Part shown: in pieces, positions 40,553-49,559 of the stretch
How the letters are laid out: every line of letters starts with the position of its first letter
Position numbering within the stretch: position 1 is the stretch's first letter
DNA from: Akkermansiaceae bacterium
GTDB taxonomy: Bacteria; Verrucomicrobiota; Verrucomicrobiia; Verrucomicrobiales; Akkermansiaceae
DNA: 64,000 bases
Assembly: GCA_051251915.1 (NCBI GenBank)
Contig: JBPOGF010000008.1
Coordinates: 64,001 to 128,000, forward strand
Reading direction: 5' to 3'
Program-made: the position numbers and the translations under genes
The notes under the pieces: model-generated
Seen by the model: only the letters and a program-made list of their open reading frames with translations
Told to the model about the DNA's origin: nothing
The model's database searches: none

Positions 40553-42178
40553 TTAAGCGGTTGCTGACCCATCATCAAATGACACAAGTCTCTGCAGGAT
40601 GATCATCAAACGGTCTAAGAAAAAACCGATGATTCCCACTACAAAACATGCTAAGATAATATTTGCAAATGACTGAGAAGAACCGTTCTGATATTCATCC
40701 CATACAAATTTACCAAGACCATCAGATGAAGACAGTGCCTCAGCTGCAATAAGAACCATCCAGCCCACACCTAGTGAGATACGAAGACCTGCAAACATTA
40801 ACGGTAATGATGAAGGAATGATAATCTTAAACAAGCGTGACCAGAATCCCAGACGCAGCACCTTCGCCACATTCAAATGATCCTTATCAATCGCGGAGAC
40901 ACCCAGCGCAGTATTCACCAGCGCAGGCCAGAGAGCACACATTGCCACCGTGCAAGCGGAAAATATCATAGCCGGATTCGTCTGCAAAAACGCTAACGGA
41001 TTATTCGGGCTATTCATAAACATGAACAACGGATGAGTCTCGGGATCAGGGAAAAATGCACCAACAACAATCTGGAAAATCAACAACCAAACCACTGGTG
41101 AAACAGGACGAAATATTGAAATAATCGGTGTCAAGCAAGCCATCACCACACGATTCAATCCACACATAATTCCCACTGGTATCGCAACAGCAGCCGCTAT
41201 AATGAAACCTACAAACACCGTCGCTATAGAACGCCAGGTCTGCCATATAATGGTCGCAGCACGCGGATACTTCTGATCCGCAGTGGAAATAGCTCTCTCA
41301 GTATTCGAGACCACACTCTTCGCCTCCTTAGCAGCATCAGCTGCCGTCGTAGCTGAAGCCAATCCAGCTGCAGCCATCGCTGCTTTATCCTCCAGAGCCT
41401 CCACCTTCACCTCTCTGTTACCAGTGGTTAAATAATCAATACGCTTTTTATAATGCTGCACTTCATCAGCCATTTTATTAGCAGCCAATTGCGCATTTTT
41501 TAAACGTTCAGGAGGATTATCACGTATGAGGTTCAGTTCATCATTCACCACCTTCAACTCAGCCTTTTCAGTATCAGCAATCACATGTTGCTTTTCAATC
41601 AGCTCAACTAAAGAATCTGAAGTCCGCTGCCCTGCTATCAATCCCTCAGAATAAGCAGCAATCTCTTCCTTTCGCAGTGCTTTTGCCTCTTTTATAGTAG
41701 CCTTCAGAGCATCCAACCGAGCCTGCACCGGCTCAATTCTATCATCCATCTCCTCCTTCACCTCACCTGCTACTATGTCAGATTCTCTCTGCAGAGAAGC
41801 CGCTCTTTCCTCAAGCTTAGCTAACTCACCAGTCACATAAATAAGAGCCTTCTCACGGTCCACACCCGTCATCTCAAAGGCTTCCTCTTTCTCATTCTCT
41901 CGCTGATCAAAACGCCAGCTCTCTTTAAACGCTACCCATACCTTTGCTGGTGTTGGCACCTCCCCAGATTTCGTCTTATGGTTAGGCCCTGCCCAATTCC
42001 AGATTAAAATACAGAAAAGAATAAAAATAATAGGCAAAATCATATAGAGAATAATGTCGCGAATCTGTTTCTGTGGCTCTTCCTTATAAGCCAATCGCAC
42101 CACTGGGTCCAAAACTTTAAAACCTGAGATATCGATGAGCTTAAGTAGGGGATATTTAATTTTAGAAAGAAGTTTCAT
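40553..42178 (-). CDS. nrtB: nitrate ABC transporter permease with long coiled-coil insertion
   Basis: [54 protein letters not shown]. Confidence 0.88.
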   Translation of the reverse strand: MKLLSKIKYPLLKLIDISGFKVLDPVVRLAYKEEPQKQIRDIILYMILPIIFILFCILIWNWAGPNHKTKSGEVPTPAKVWVAFKESWRFDQRENEKEEAFEMTGVDREKALIYVTGELAKLEERAASLQRESDIVAGEVKEEMDDRIEPVQARLDALKATIKEAKALRKEEIAAYSEGLIAGQRTSDSLVELIEKQHVIADTEKAELKVVNDELNLIRDNPPERLKNAQLAANKMADEVQHYKKRIDYLTTGNREVKVEALEDKAAMAAAGLASATTAADAAKEAKSVVSNTERAISTADQKYPRAATIIWQTWRSIATVFVGFIIAAAVAIPVGIMCGLNRVVMACLTPIISIFRPVSPVVWLLIFQIVVGAFFPDPETHPLFMFMNSPNNPLAFLQTNPAMIFSACTVAMCALWPALVNTALGVSAIDKDHLNVAKVLRLGFWSRLFKIIIPSSLPLMFAGLRISLGVGWMVLIAAEALSSSDGLGKFVWDEYQNGSSQSFANIILACFVVGIIGFFLDRLMIILQRLVSFDDGSATA

Positions 42179-42205
42179 AATGATTTGGGTAACTATATAT
42201 GCTTG

Positions 42206-42264
42206 AGCAATACCTAGACCAATCGACCAGTTTTAAATTCATCATTTCAATGAGTCCAAGTAAT
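42206..42264 (-). promoter_or_regulatory. sigma54 promoter plus LysR boxes of nrtBCD
   Basis: TTGG-TCTAGGTATT-GCT; box ATGAGTCCAAGTAAT (42250-42264) 29 bp upstream; half-box ATGAAT 22 bp closer. Confidence 0.7.
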
Positions 42265-42273
42265 ACAAAAGAC

Positions 42274-42302
42274 AAAAAAGCCACACCCGCTAAGGTGTGA
42301 CT
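42274..42302 (-). terminator. intrinsic terminator after nrtA
   Basis: Minus strand AGTCACACC-ttagcg-GGTGTGGCT-TTTTTT. Confidence 0.8.
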
Positions 42303-42331
42303 CAAATGAACTACTAGTCTATAAGACTCTA

Positions 42332-43696
42332 TTACTCAGGATCCTTATTACCTATCTTATGGCTATTAAGGTATTTAATAGGCTCTTTTCCATCATACAT
42401 GACACCATCGATGAAGTCCGCAGTTGCGGGCTTATACCCATCATAATCAAGTGCTGGATAATCTTCTGCAGTTAGAGTCCCCTCCTCCACCAACATATCC
42501 GCCGCCTTGCGATAGACATCTGGAAGGTAAACACTCTTAGCTGTCTCATGATACCATGATGCAGACTTAGCCTCTGTGATCTGCCCCCAACGGCGCATCT
42601 GTGTCAGGAACCAGATACCATCTGAGTAATGAGGGTAAGAACAGTGATATTTGAAAAACACATTGAAGTCAGGCATTGGACGCTTGTCAGTCTTCTGAAA
42701 GAAAAAGAAACCAGTCATCGAATTCTTAATCACATCAAAATCCGCCCCTACATAGTTCTTCTGAGAAAGAATACGACATGCCTCATCTCGGTTAACCAGC
42801 TTCCCACTTTCATCTGTTTCATCAAGCCATTTCCCAGCCTTAATAAGCGCCTTTGTAACTGCAATAAGTGTCTGAGGATTCTCATCCGCCCACGCCTTAG
42901 TTAAACCAAATACCTTCTCTGGATTATTTTTCCAAATGTCATAATTCGTCACCACTGGAACACCTATACCCTTAGCAACTGCCTGCTGATTCCATGGCTC
43001 ACCAACGCAATAAGCCACATTCTTTCCTGACTCCAAAGTCGATGGCATCTGTGGCGGCGGTGTAGTCGACAACTCAATATCTCCATCAGTGAAACCCTTC
43101 AGGTCAGTAGACGTATACATACCAGGGTGAATCCCAGCCGCTGCTAGCCAGTAACGGAACTCATAGTTGTGTGTAGACACAGGGAACACCATTCCCATTG
43201 GCAACTTCTTCCCCTCTTCCTTAGCTTCCATAACAATCGGCTTCAGCGCGTCTGCCGTGATTGGATGCGGTGGAGTGTCTGACTGAAGCTTCTCATCATT
43301 CTCCTGCATTCCCTCCCAAATCGCATTTGAAACAGTAATCGCATTACCATTAAGGTCTAATGTGTAAGGCGTAACAATATGCGCCTTTGTTCCAAAACCA
43401 ATGGTCGCCGCAATCGGCTGACCAGATAGCATATGAGCACCATCAAGTTCACCAGTTATTACGTTATCAAGAAGCTGTTTCCAGTTAGGCTGGGCAATAA
43501 CCTCAACCTGAAGACCCTCAGCCTCAAAAAAGCCTTTTTCCTTAGCTATCACTAGCGGGGCACAATCTGTCAGCTTAATAAAACCAAACTTCAATGAGCT
43601 CTTCTCCACATCTAGCTGTTCAGCCGAAACCAGAGATGCACTAAACATCCCGACTGCCGCTGAAAGCATACCTATCGTTTTTTTTGTTTTTGTCAT
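42332..43696 (-). CDS. nrtA: CmpA/NrtA-family nitrate-binding protein
   Basis: [57 protein letters not shown]; probable start ATG 43696. Confidence 0.92.
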   Translation of the reverse strand: MTKTKKTIGMLSAAVGMFSASLVSAEQLDVEKSSLKFGFIKLTDCAPLVIAKEKGFFEAEGLQVEVIAQPNWKQLLDNVITGELDGAHMLSGQPIAATIGFGTKAHIVTPYTLDLNGNAITVSNAIWEGMQENDEKLQSDTPPHPITADALKPIVMEAKEEGKKLPMGMVFPVSTHNYEFRYWLAAAGIHPGMYTSTDLKGFTDGDIELSTTPPPQMPSTLESGKNVAYCVGEPWNQQAVAKGIGVPVVTNYDIWKNNPEKVFGLTKAWADENPQTLIAVTKALIKAGKWLDETDESGKLVNRDEACRILSQKNYVGADFDVIKNSMTGFFFFQKTDKRPMPDFNVFFKYHCSYPHYSDGIWFLTQMRRWGQITEAKSASWYHETAKSVYLPDVYRKAADMLVEEGTLTAEDYPALDYDGYKPATADFIDGVMYDGKEPIKYLNSHKIGNKDPE

Positions 43697-43729
43697 AGAT
43701 TCAATAATTAAATTATTCATAACTTAACC

Positions 43730-43788
43730 AGCATCTAGCAGACCAGAATCAATGAATATGACTCATTATATCCATTAATACACATCGT
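43730..43788 (-). promoter_or_regulatory. sigma54 promoter plus two LysR boxes of nrtA
   Basis: CTGG-TCTGCTAGAT-GCT; ATGAATATGACTCAT (43752-43766, 7 bp from GG) and ATTAATACACATCGT (43774-43788, 29 bp). Confidence 0.72.
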
Positions 43789-43911
43789 AGTATACTTCAT
43801 TACTAATTAGCAAAACCGTTCAAGGGCATGAGATAAAAAAGCAAAATTCACCTTCTCTGTACACCCCCACCTGTGGCCTTGTCACCAGCAAAACATACCT
43901 CTATAGCAGAT

Positions 43912-45201
43912 CTACTCTCCAGCGTAAATCTTAGCCACCTCATCAGCTATAATCTCTATCCCTGCCTTCACTGAAGCCGCCGGCATCGTGTAAGTCACAC
44001 GGATACACTCGTGCTCATGCCTCCACTCATCTTCCTCCCCTTCAAGCCCAAAGAAGAAATGATGCCCAGACACAACCAGCACCCCCCTATCTTTCAGCCG
44101 AACATAAAGCTCCTGTGAAGTGACCGGCAGATCCTTAAACCACAACCAAAGGAACAACGCCCCCTCACTCACATGCTGTCGATAAGGTAAACCATCATCA
44201 AAAAACTCCGTAACCCACTCCTGCGCCTGAACAGATTTCCCCTTATAAAACGGCTTAACAATCTCGTTACTGATCTTAAGAATTTCTCCAGACTCAATCA
44301 ACGGTCGCATCAATGCCTGCCCCATATTGTTATTCGCAAGACCAATAATTGCACTCATCGATGAAACAGCAGCCGCCACCTCCTCACTAGCCACAACAAT
44401 CCCAGTCCGCGTCCCAGGAAGCCCAATCTTAGACAAGCTCAATGTCAAAATCACCTGCTCATCCCACATTGGATTCGCCTCCGCAAAGAAAATATTAGGA
44501 AAAGGAGCTCCATAAGCATTATCAATAATAAACGGAATACCATGCTCCTTCGCAAGATCCGCTAACCTCTTCATCTCATTATCCGTCAAAACATTACCAG
44601 TAGGATTAGTCGGACGTGAAACACAGATCGCCGCAATATCATCCGTGATCTCCAACGCATCAAAATCCACCCTATACTTAAACTGGTGCTCACCCACTTC
44701 CTCAATAATCGGCTTATAAGCCTTAAAGAAATCTTCCCCCACTGACTGATTCGCATACCCAATATACTCAGGCACCACCGGTAACAAAATTTTCTTCCGC
44801 CTACCATCAGCCATCCTCCCTGCCAACGCATTAAACAAAAAGAAAAACGCAGTCTGCCCACCACTCGTAATAGAAATATTCTTCTCCGTAACCTCCCACC
44901 CAAAATGCTCATTCAGCATCTTAGCCAACGCCTTCAAAAACCCAGGCGTCCCATTCGGCGGATCATAATTCCCAACCACCGCCTCAAAACTCCCCGGAGT
45001 ATTCACAGGATGAGACATAATCTCCTCCATCCTCTCACGCCACAACGCATCCACCGCATCAATATGCGCCGGCTGACCACCCCCAAGCATGATCATATCA
45101 TCACCACCCTCAGCCAATGCGTTCCCAAGATCACTCATCAACTCTTCTATCCCACTCCCGAGACACAACCTCTCACCAAATTTTGAAAATTCTACCTTCA
45201 T
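43912..45201 (-). CDS. avtA: valine-pyruvate transaminase
   Basis: IMLGGGQPA, PEYIGY, CVSRPTNPTGNV, IDNAYG, SLSKIGLPGTRTG, EGALFLWLWF. Confidence 0.88.
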   Translation of the reverse strand: MKVEFSKFGERLCLGSGIEELMSDLGNALAEGGDDMIMLGGGQPAHIDAVDALWRERMEEIMSHPVNTPGSFEAVVGNYDPPNGTPGFLKALAKMLNEHFGWEVTEKNISITSGGQTAFFFLFNALAGRMADGRRKKILLPVVPEYIGYANQSVGEDFFKAYKPIIEEVGEHQFKYRVDFDALEITDDIAAICVSRPTNPTGNVLTDNEMKRLADLAKEHGIPFIIDNAYGAPFPNIFFAEANPMWDEQVILTLSLSKIGLPGTRTGIVVASEEVAAAVSSMSAIIGLANNNMGQALMRPLIESGEILKISNEIVKPFYKGKSVQAQEWVTEFFDDGLPYRQHVSEGALFLWLWFKDLPVTSQELYVRLKDRGVLVVSGHHFFFGLEGEEDEWRHEHECIRVTYTMPAASVKAGIEIIADEVAKIYAGE

Positions 45202-45291
45202 CGTTTTTAATCTAACAGTTCCTAGATCTTAACGCCCCTGCCCCAAGAGACAATCACAAACATTTATCTCCCTCTCTAAACCCCCAAAACT

Positions 45292-48200
45292 CTACTCAGG
45301 ACTACCTAATCTAAGGAAATACGTCTTCGCCGTAGTCAGCACCTTAACTCGCACCTTAGAAACAACTCCATCAACCGCCACCGATGACACCAACTCCATA
45401 TCCGTCCCCAAAGCAAGATTAGCAAACTCCATCTTATCACCTCCTTGAACCAAGTAATCAGTTCCCATCGTCAAGTCAGAGCGGATCTCCCATTCAAAAA
45501 TAAACCCCTCTTCACCAGCATCATCAACCACACCCACCGGCTGAATCACTGGCCCCCACTCTCTAGCATTTGTCGGACTTGTATTTCCCCAGAATTCAAA
45601 CAGATTGATACTCCCATCACCATCAGGATCAAGAACCGGATTAATCTCAGACACCCCAAACCACTCTTTCGCCCACTCATCCGCTATCCCATCACCTTGA
45701 CTATCGTCATTAAGCAGATTAATAACGTTCACCGTGACCTCCGTAATAGCCGTCCCTGGATTCGCCAAAAAGTCATCACTTGCTCTCACTGTTAGATCAT
45801 GCGTAGTGGCCACCTCATAATCCAATCCAGGTTGAGCGATAAAAATTTGCCCCGTGGTAGGATCAATATCAAAATATCCATCCGCATTTCCACCAGTTAT
45901 AGAATAAATCAACTCACCCCTGCTCGCATCTGGAGCATCAGGGTCGCTAGCTGTAACCTTCGCTCCCACATTGGTCGTCACAGCGCTATTCTCCACCACT
46001 GATCTTGTAGTACCTGCCAGACTAAAGTTAGGCTTAGCGTTAGCGTAATCTTCAATCCAATCAACCAACAACGCCACACCCTCATCATCCACCACATTAG
46101 ATCCAAACGGAGGCATGCGCGAATATCCATTCGTCTCAGACACACGACTCAAAATAATTGAGTTCTCAGTATCACCCGGAATGACCAACCGATCCTTCTC
46201 ATCCACAACCTGAAATCCAATCGCCTCACCGTGAAGCAACTGAGTCTCTTCCATAGTAAGAAAATGCTCCCCACTCCAAGAATCGGGCACCAATCCATTC
46301 CCCTCAAAATGACAATATGAACAATTCACCGCTAGATAAGACTTCACCCGCTCCTCAAGATTAACTCCAATCTCACTCGGCCTACTATAATGCGGCAAAG
46401 ACGCTGTACCCGAAACAATAGGAGTCAAATACCCAGCCGTTTGCAAAAGGTTAAGATAATTTCCACTCACCCCATTAAGCTCACCATCATGATTCAACTG
46501 CCTAGTATTCAACCCCAACATCACATTGTTAGAAGAAGTATGGCATTGATAACACTCAGACCGTGAAGGAATACGCCAAATCTGTGAATTTGTGACACCT
46601 CCCTCTTTAATCGGCAATTCCAGATTCACACCATCGTCCCCCACAAGAGTAGCCTCAGTCCCAGCCTCATTCCACTCATACGTCATCCCATAAAATCCAT
46701 CATCCGTTTTCACAAGAAAACGCGTCTCTATCCTACGAACATCCGTCCCAGGATTATCCCGATCAAGATCCATATCAAAATGCTTCATCGTCACCATCCC
46801 AGCAGGAAATTCCCAAAACCCATCTTCCGAGTATTGCATTGGATTCGTAGTATCCACCATATTCAAATAACGACTCTTAATCGCCCCATCAGACCAGAAA
46901 GAAAGATTAACATCATACGCATGCATTCCTGCACTAGTCTCTAAATTCTCAACATCTTCAAACGCCCCCGTATTCGAAAGCTTCTGTGGTAATTGACTAT
47001 CAAAATCCGCCGCAGAATACTCTACTTTCCGAATCATATGATCATCACTATCAGCCAGCAACATTTCCCCTGTAGTAGGATTTGTCAGCATCGCAGTGAT
47101 GCCAGTTTCTGAACCCAGCCGCGTCACGGATGCCTCATAAGTTCCAAAAGCAAAAACCCCACCCAAAGTTGTCTCCTGAATCCCCACATCATCCAAATAG
47201 TAGAGGTCAGGATTGGCTGATTCTAACACAGGGTCCACCATCTGAAAGGCACTATGATCATCACGATGCACCGCCCAAATATCACCACGGTTAAAATCAC
47301 ACATCAGAAATGAATTCGTCAGCGTAGGAATTTCCACCGATTGATAAAACTCTCCACCAATAATCGATTTATTATTCGCCCCACTATTACTATCCGTCAC
47401 ATAATACTCCACAACTGGTTGCACATACTGAAATCCCTGTGGCGCAGAGATCCCATAAGTAGTTTGCAACCACTCCACATCCCCAGTCCCAGAATAAAAT
47501 GCCCACCCTGCATTACCACCCTTCGGCATAATCAAGTACCGCTCCTTTAGTGACCCCATCACATCAGCCACCCACAAATCAGAAGTCCCCGGAACAAATC
47601 CTATCTTCCACGGATTACGAAATCCATAGCAATACATCTCCGTTCTCACCCTACTCGGATCAGTAGCCTTACCAAAAGAAGTACTCACCCCCGTTCCATC
47701 AGCCGCCACTATATCCAAAAACGGATTATCATTCGGAATCGAATAATGGGCCAACCCACTCCCATCCACAGGAATCGTCCAGTTTCCATACTCATCAGCC
47801 AGATCACTCGCCAAATTCTGCGGTTCATAATTCCCTGACTTCTTATCCACATCTATGCGCAACACAGAAGACCAGAAACCCTGATCAATAGTTTGAGTAA
47901 GCTCCGCAGCGGGACGTCCCTGCTGACTCACCTGCTTACCATCTCCCACCGGAATATAAAGATATCCATCTGGCCCAAACATCAACCGATTGAAACCATG
48001 AGAACGATGATAATTCTCCTGAATAAGCACTTGCTCAGTCGCATTGCTCACCAGCCCCAAATTATTAGGATCAGCAGTGAACCGAGAAACTCGTGTCCAC
48101 CCCTCATTATCACTCGGATAAGTAACATAAAAATACCCATTATTATTAAAGTCAGGGTGAAATGCCACTCCTCCCATACCGTTAAAATACCGATCCGTAT

Positions 48201-49080
48201 TTACGGACGAACGATCAAGAATCTTCACCTTAGTCGGGTTCGCTGCATTGATGTCAGGGATCATCCAGATCACCCCACGTGTCTCCACCACAAAAAGCTT
48301 TTCAGGGTGTCCAGCCAAAGCCTCCAAACTAGCAATCTCAGTAAAAGTCAACCCAGGGAAAGCATCCGGAAACGAATAGCCTCCCACAGGCGTGGACAGC
48401 GGAAAATTCAACCCTCCATCCTCATTAGTCAACCCCACAGCCGTCAATTGCAGAGATGCTATCGTAACATGCAGTGCATCCCGAACCACATTGATTACCA
48501 AATTCCCATTTCCATCAGTCGAAAGATCAGTCAGTGATACAAACCCATTACCCAAAGTATTGGTCGTCGCACTCTCACCATCAGATATCCAAGTGGCATT
48601 AAAATTAGCATTATCATTATCCCACCCACCACTTAGATTATAAGCCAAACTATCATCCAGACCACTAAAAGTAAGCGTCAACCGCGCATTAGTTAACGGG
48701 TTACCAGTATCACTAGTGAGTGGGTTACCACTCGTATTGTTTGAAATAATACAATCCGAGTAAATAGAACTATCGTCCATCAATCCATATCCTTCCTCAC
48801 CCGTAACAAGAGTCACCCTAGCCGAATCCTGACCCGTATTATTCTGAACACTAAAAGTGACATCAGCCACCGCTCCCCCATCAGTATTCTTGAGCACACC
48901 AGAAAAAGATTCAGTCGCCCCATCAGCTATATCCACATCGCTATACTGGTTAAAATCGGAACCCGCTACCGGCGCCACTCCCCCAAAATCAATACCTATC
49001 GTCTGCCCAGAAAGCAAGGTATCTGCTGAACCATTTCCAGTCACTAGAAGACTAATCGATAGGTAAAATAAGCGTCTCAT
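45292..49080 (-). CDS. secreted PQQ-dependent sugar dehydrogenase (GSDH) fused to di-heme cytochrome c and cadherin domains
   Basis: AFHPDF, FGPDGYLYI, GFRNPW; CYQCH and CSYCH; cadherin-like ASDPD...YSITGGN..YFDIDPTTG..LDYE; DxDGDG motifs. Confidence 0.85.
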   Translation of the reverse strand: MRRLFYLSISLLVTGNGSADTLLSGQTIGIDFGGVAPVAGSDFNQYSDVDIADGATESFSGVLKNTDGGAVADVTFSVQNNTGQDSARVTLVTGEEGYGLMDDSSIYSDCIISNNTSGNPLTSDTGNPLTNARLTLTFSGLDDSLAYNLSGGWDNDNANFNATWISDGESATTNTLGNGFVSLTDLSTDGNGNLVINVVRDALHVTIASLQLTAVGLTNEDGGLNFPLSTPVGGYSFPDAFPGLTFTEIASLEALAGHPEKLFVVETRGVIWMIPDINAANPTKVKILDRSSVNTDRYFNGMGGVAFHPDFNNNGYFYVTYPSDNEGWTRVSRFTADPNNLGLVSNATEQVLIQENYHRSHGFNRLMFGPDGYLYIPVGDGKQVSQQGRPAAELTQTIDQGFWSSVLRIDVDKKSGNYEPQNLASDLADEYGNWTIPVDGSGLAHYSIPNDNPFLDIVAADGTGVSTSFGKATDPSRVRTEMYCYGFRNPWKIGFVPGTSDLWVADVMGSLKERYLIMPKGGNAGWAFYSGTGDVEWLQTTYGISAPQGFQYVQPVVEYYVTDSNSGANNKSIIGGEFYQSVEIPTLTNSFLMCDFNRGDIWAVHRDDHSAFQMVDPVLESANPDLYYLDDVGIQETTLGGVFAFGTYEASVTRLGSETGITAMLTNPTTGEMLLADSDDHMIRKVEYSAADFDSQLPQKLSNTGAFEDVENLETSAGMHAYDVNLSFWSDGAIKSRYLNMVDTTNPMQYSEDGFWEFPAGMVTMKHFDMDLDRDNPGTDVRRIETRFLVKTDDGFYGMTYEWNEAGTEATLVGDDGVNLELPIKEGGVTNSQIWRIPSRSECYQCHTSSNNVMLGLNTRQLNHDGELNGVSGNYLNLLQTAGYLTPIVSGTASLPHYSRPSEIGVNLEERVKSYLAVNCSYCHFEGNGLVPDSWSGEHFLTMEETQLLHGEAIGFQVVDEKDRLVIPGDTENSIILSRVSETNGYSRMPPFGSNVVDDEGVALLVDWIEDYANAKPNFSLAGTTRSVVENSAVTTNVGAKVTASDPDAPDASRGELIYSITGGNADGYFDIDPTTGQIFIAQPGLDYEVATTHDLTVRASDDFLANPGTAITEVTVNVINLLNDDSQGDGIADEWAKEWFGVSEINPVLDPDGDGSINLFEFWGNTSPTNAREWGPVIQPVGVVDDAGEEGFIFEWEIRSDLTMGTDYLVQGGDKMEFANLALGTDMELVSSVAVDGVVSKVRVKVLTTAKTYFLRLGSPE

Positions 49081-49351
49081 AGAATATAATATTTAAATTT
49101 CATTTAATGCACAAACCAACAATAACAATCACCCTATATTATTTATAATGAACATCATGCGAAACAACCTAACTCACCCTATTCATTAACAACAAGAATA
49201 AATTACATACCTATTTAGGTGAGTCACTTTGACGCACCAACCAACTCATTTCTCTAATTCCCCCCTTGAGAGACACTAATCAACGTCACTCAGCCAGTAT
49301 CTCAGATACTTTATCCCCTTCTAGCGACACTCAACAGAGCTCATACTCACC

Positions 49352-49520
49352 AAACTCTACGGTGAATTTCAGTTGAAAAGGATTACCATGCTTAGCATAT
49401 CCAAAATCATCGTGGCGTCAATTTCAGCGTTGTTAAGACTCTTGGTAGCAAACTCACCAGCCGCGGTGATGACCTGAGGTCAGTTTTCAACGATTAGAAT
49501 CGATATCCACTCAGCTAAAA
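49352..49520 (+). ncRNA. candidate structured ncRNA (6S RNA-like rod); ends approximate
   Basis: Nested pairings GTTGAAAA/TTTTCAAC and ATCATCGTGGC/GCCGCGGTGAT (two G-U pairs, favouring the + strand) around a central bubble. Confidence 0.45.
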
Positions 49521-49559
49521 TGATTTTACATTGTCCACAACCTTCCTTAGCATCTCTTC

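Noticed and set aside
24646..43788. NasR/NasT (ANTAR) antitermination control
   Set aside because: No ANTAR gene in the window, and the predicted leaders are too short for tandem hairpins
43789..43911. NtrC enhancer (TGCACC-N5-GGTGCA) upstream of nrtA or the other island promoters
   Set aside because: No convincing match by eye in the intergenic DNA; sites inside coding regions or for other bEBPs are not excluded
49352..49520. tRNA-Sec or SRP RNA as the identity of the structured region
   Set aside because: No TTCGA T-loop, UCA anticodon arm or CCA end, and no SRP helix-8 motif
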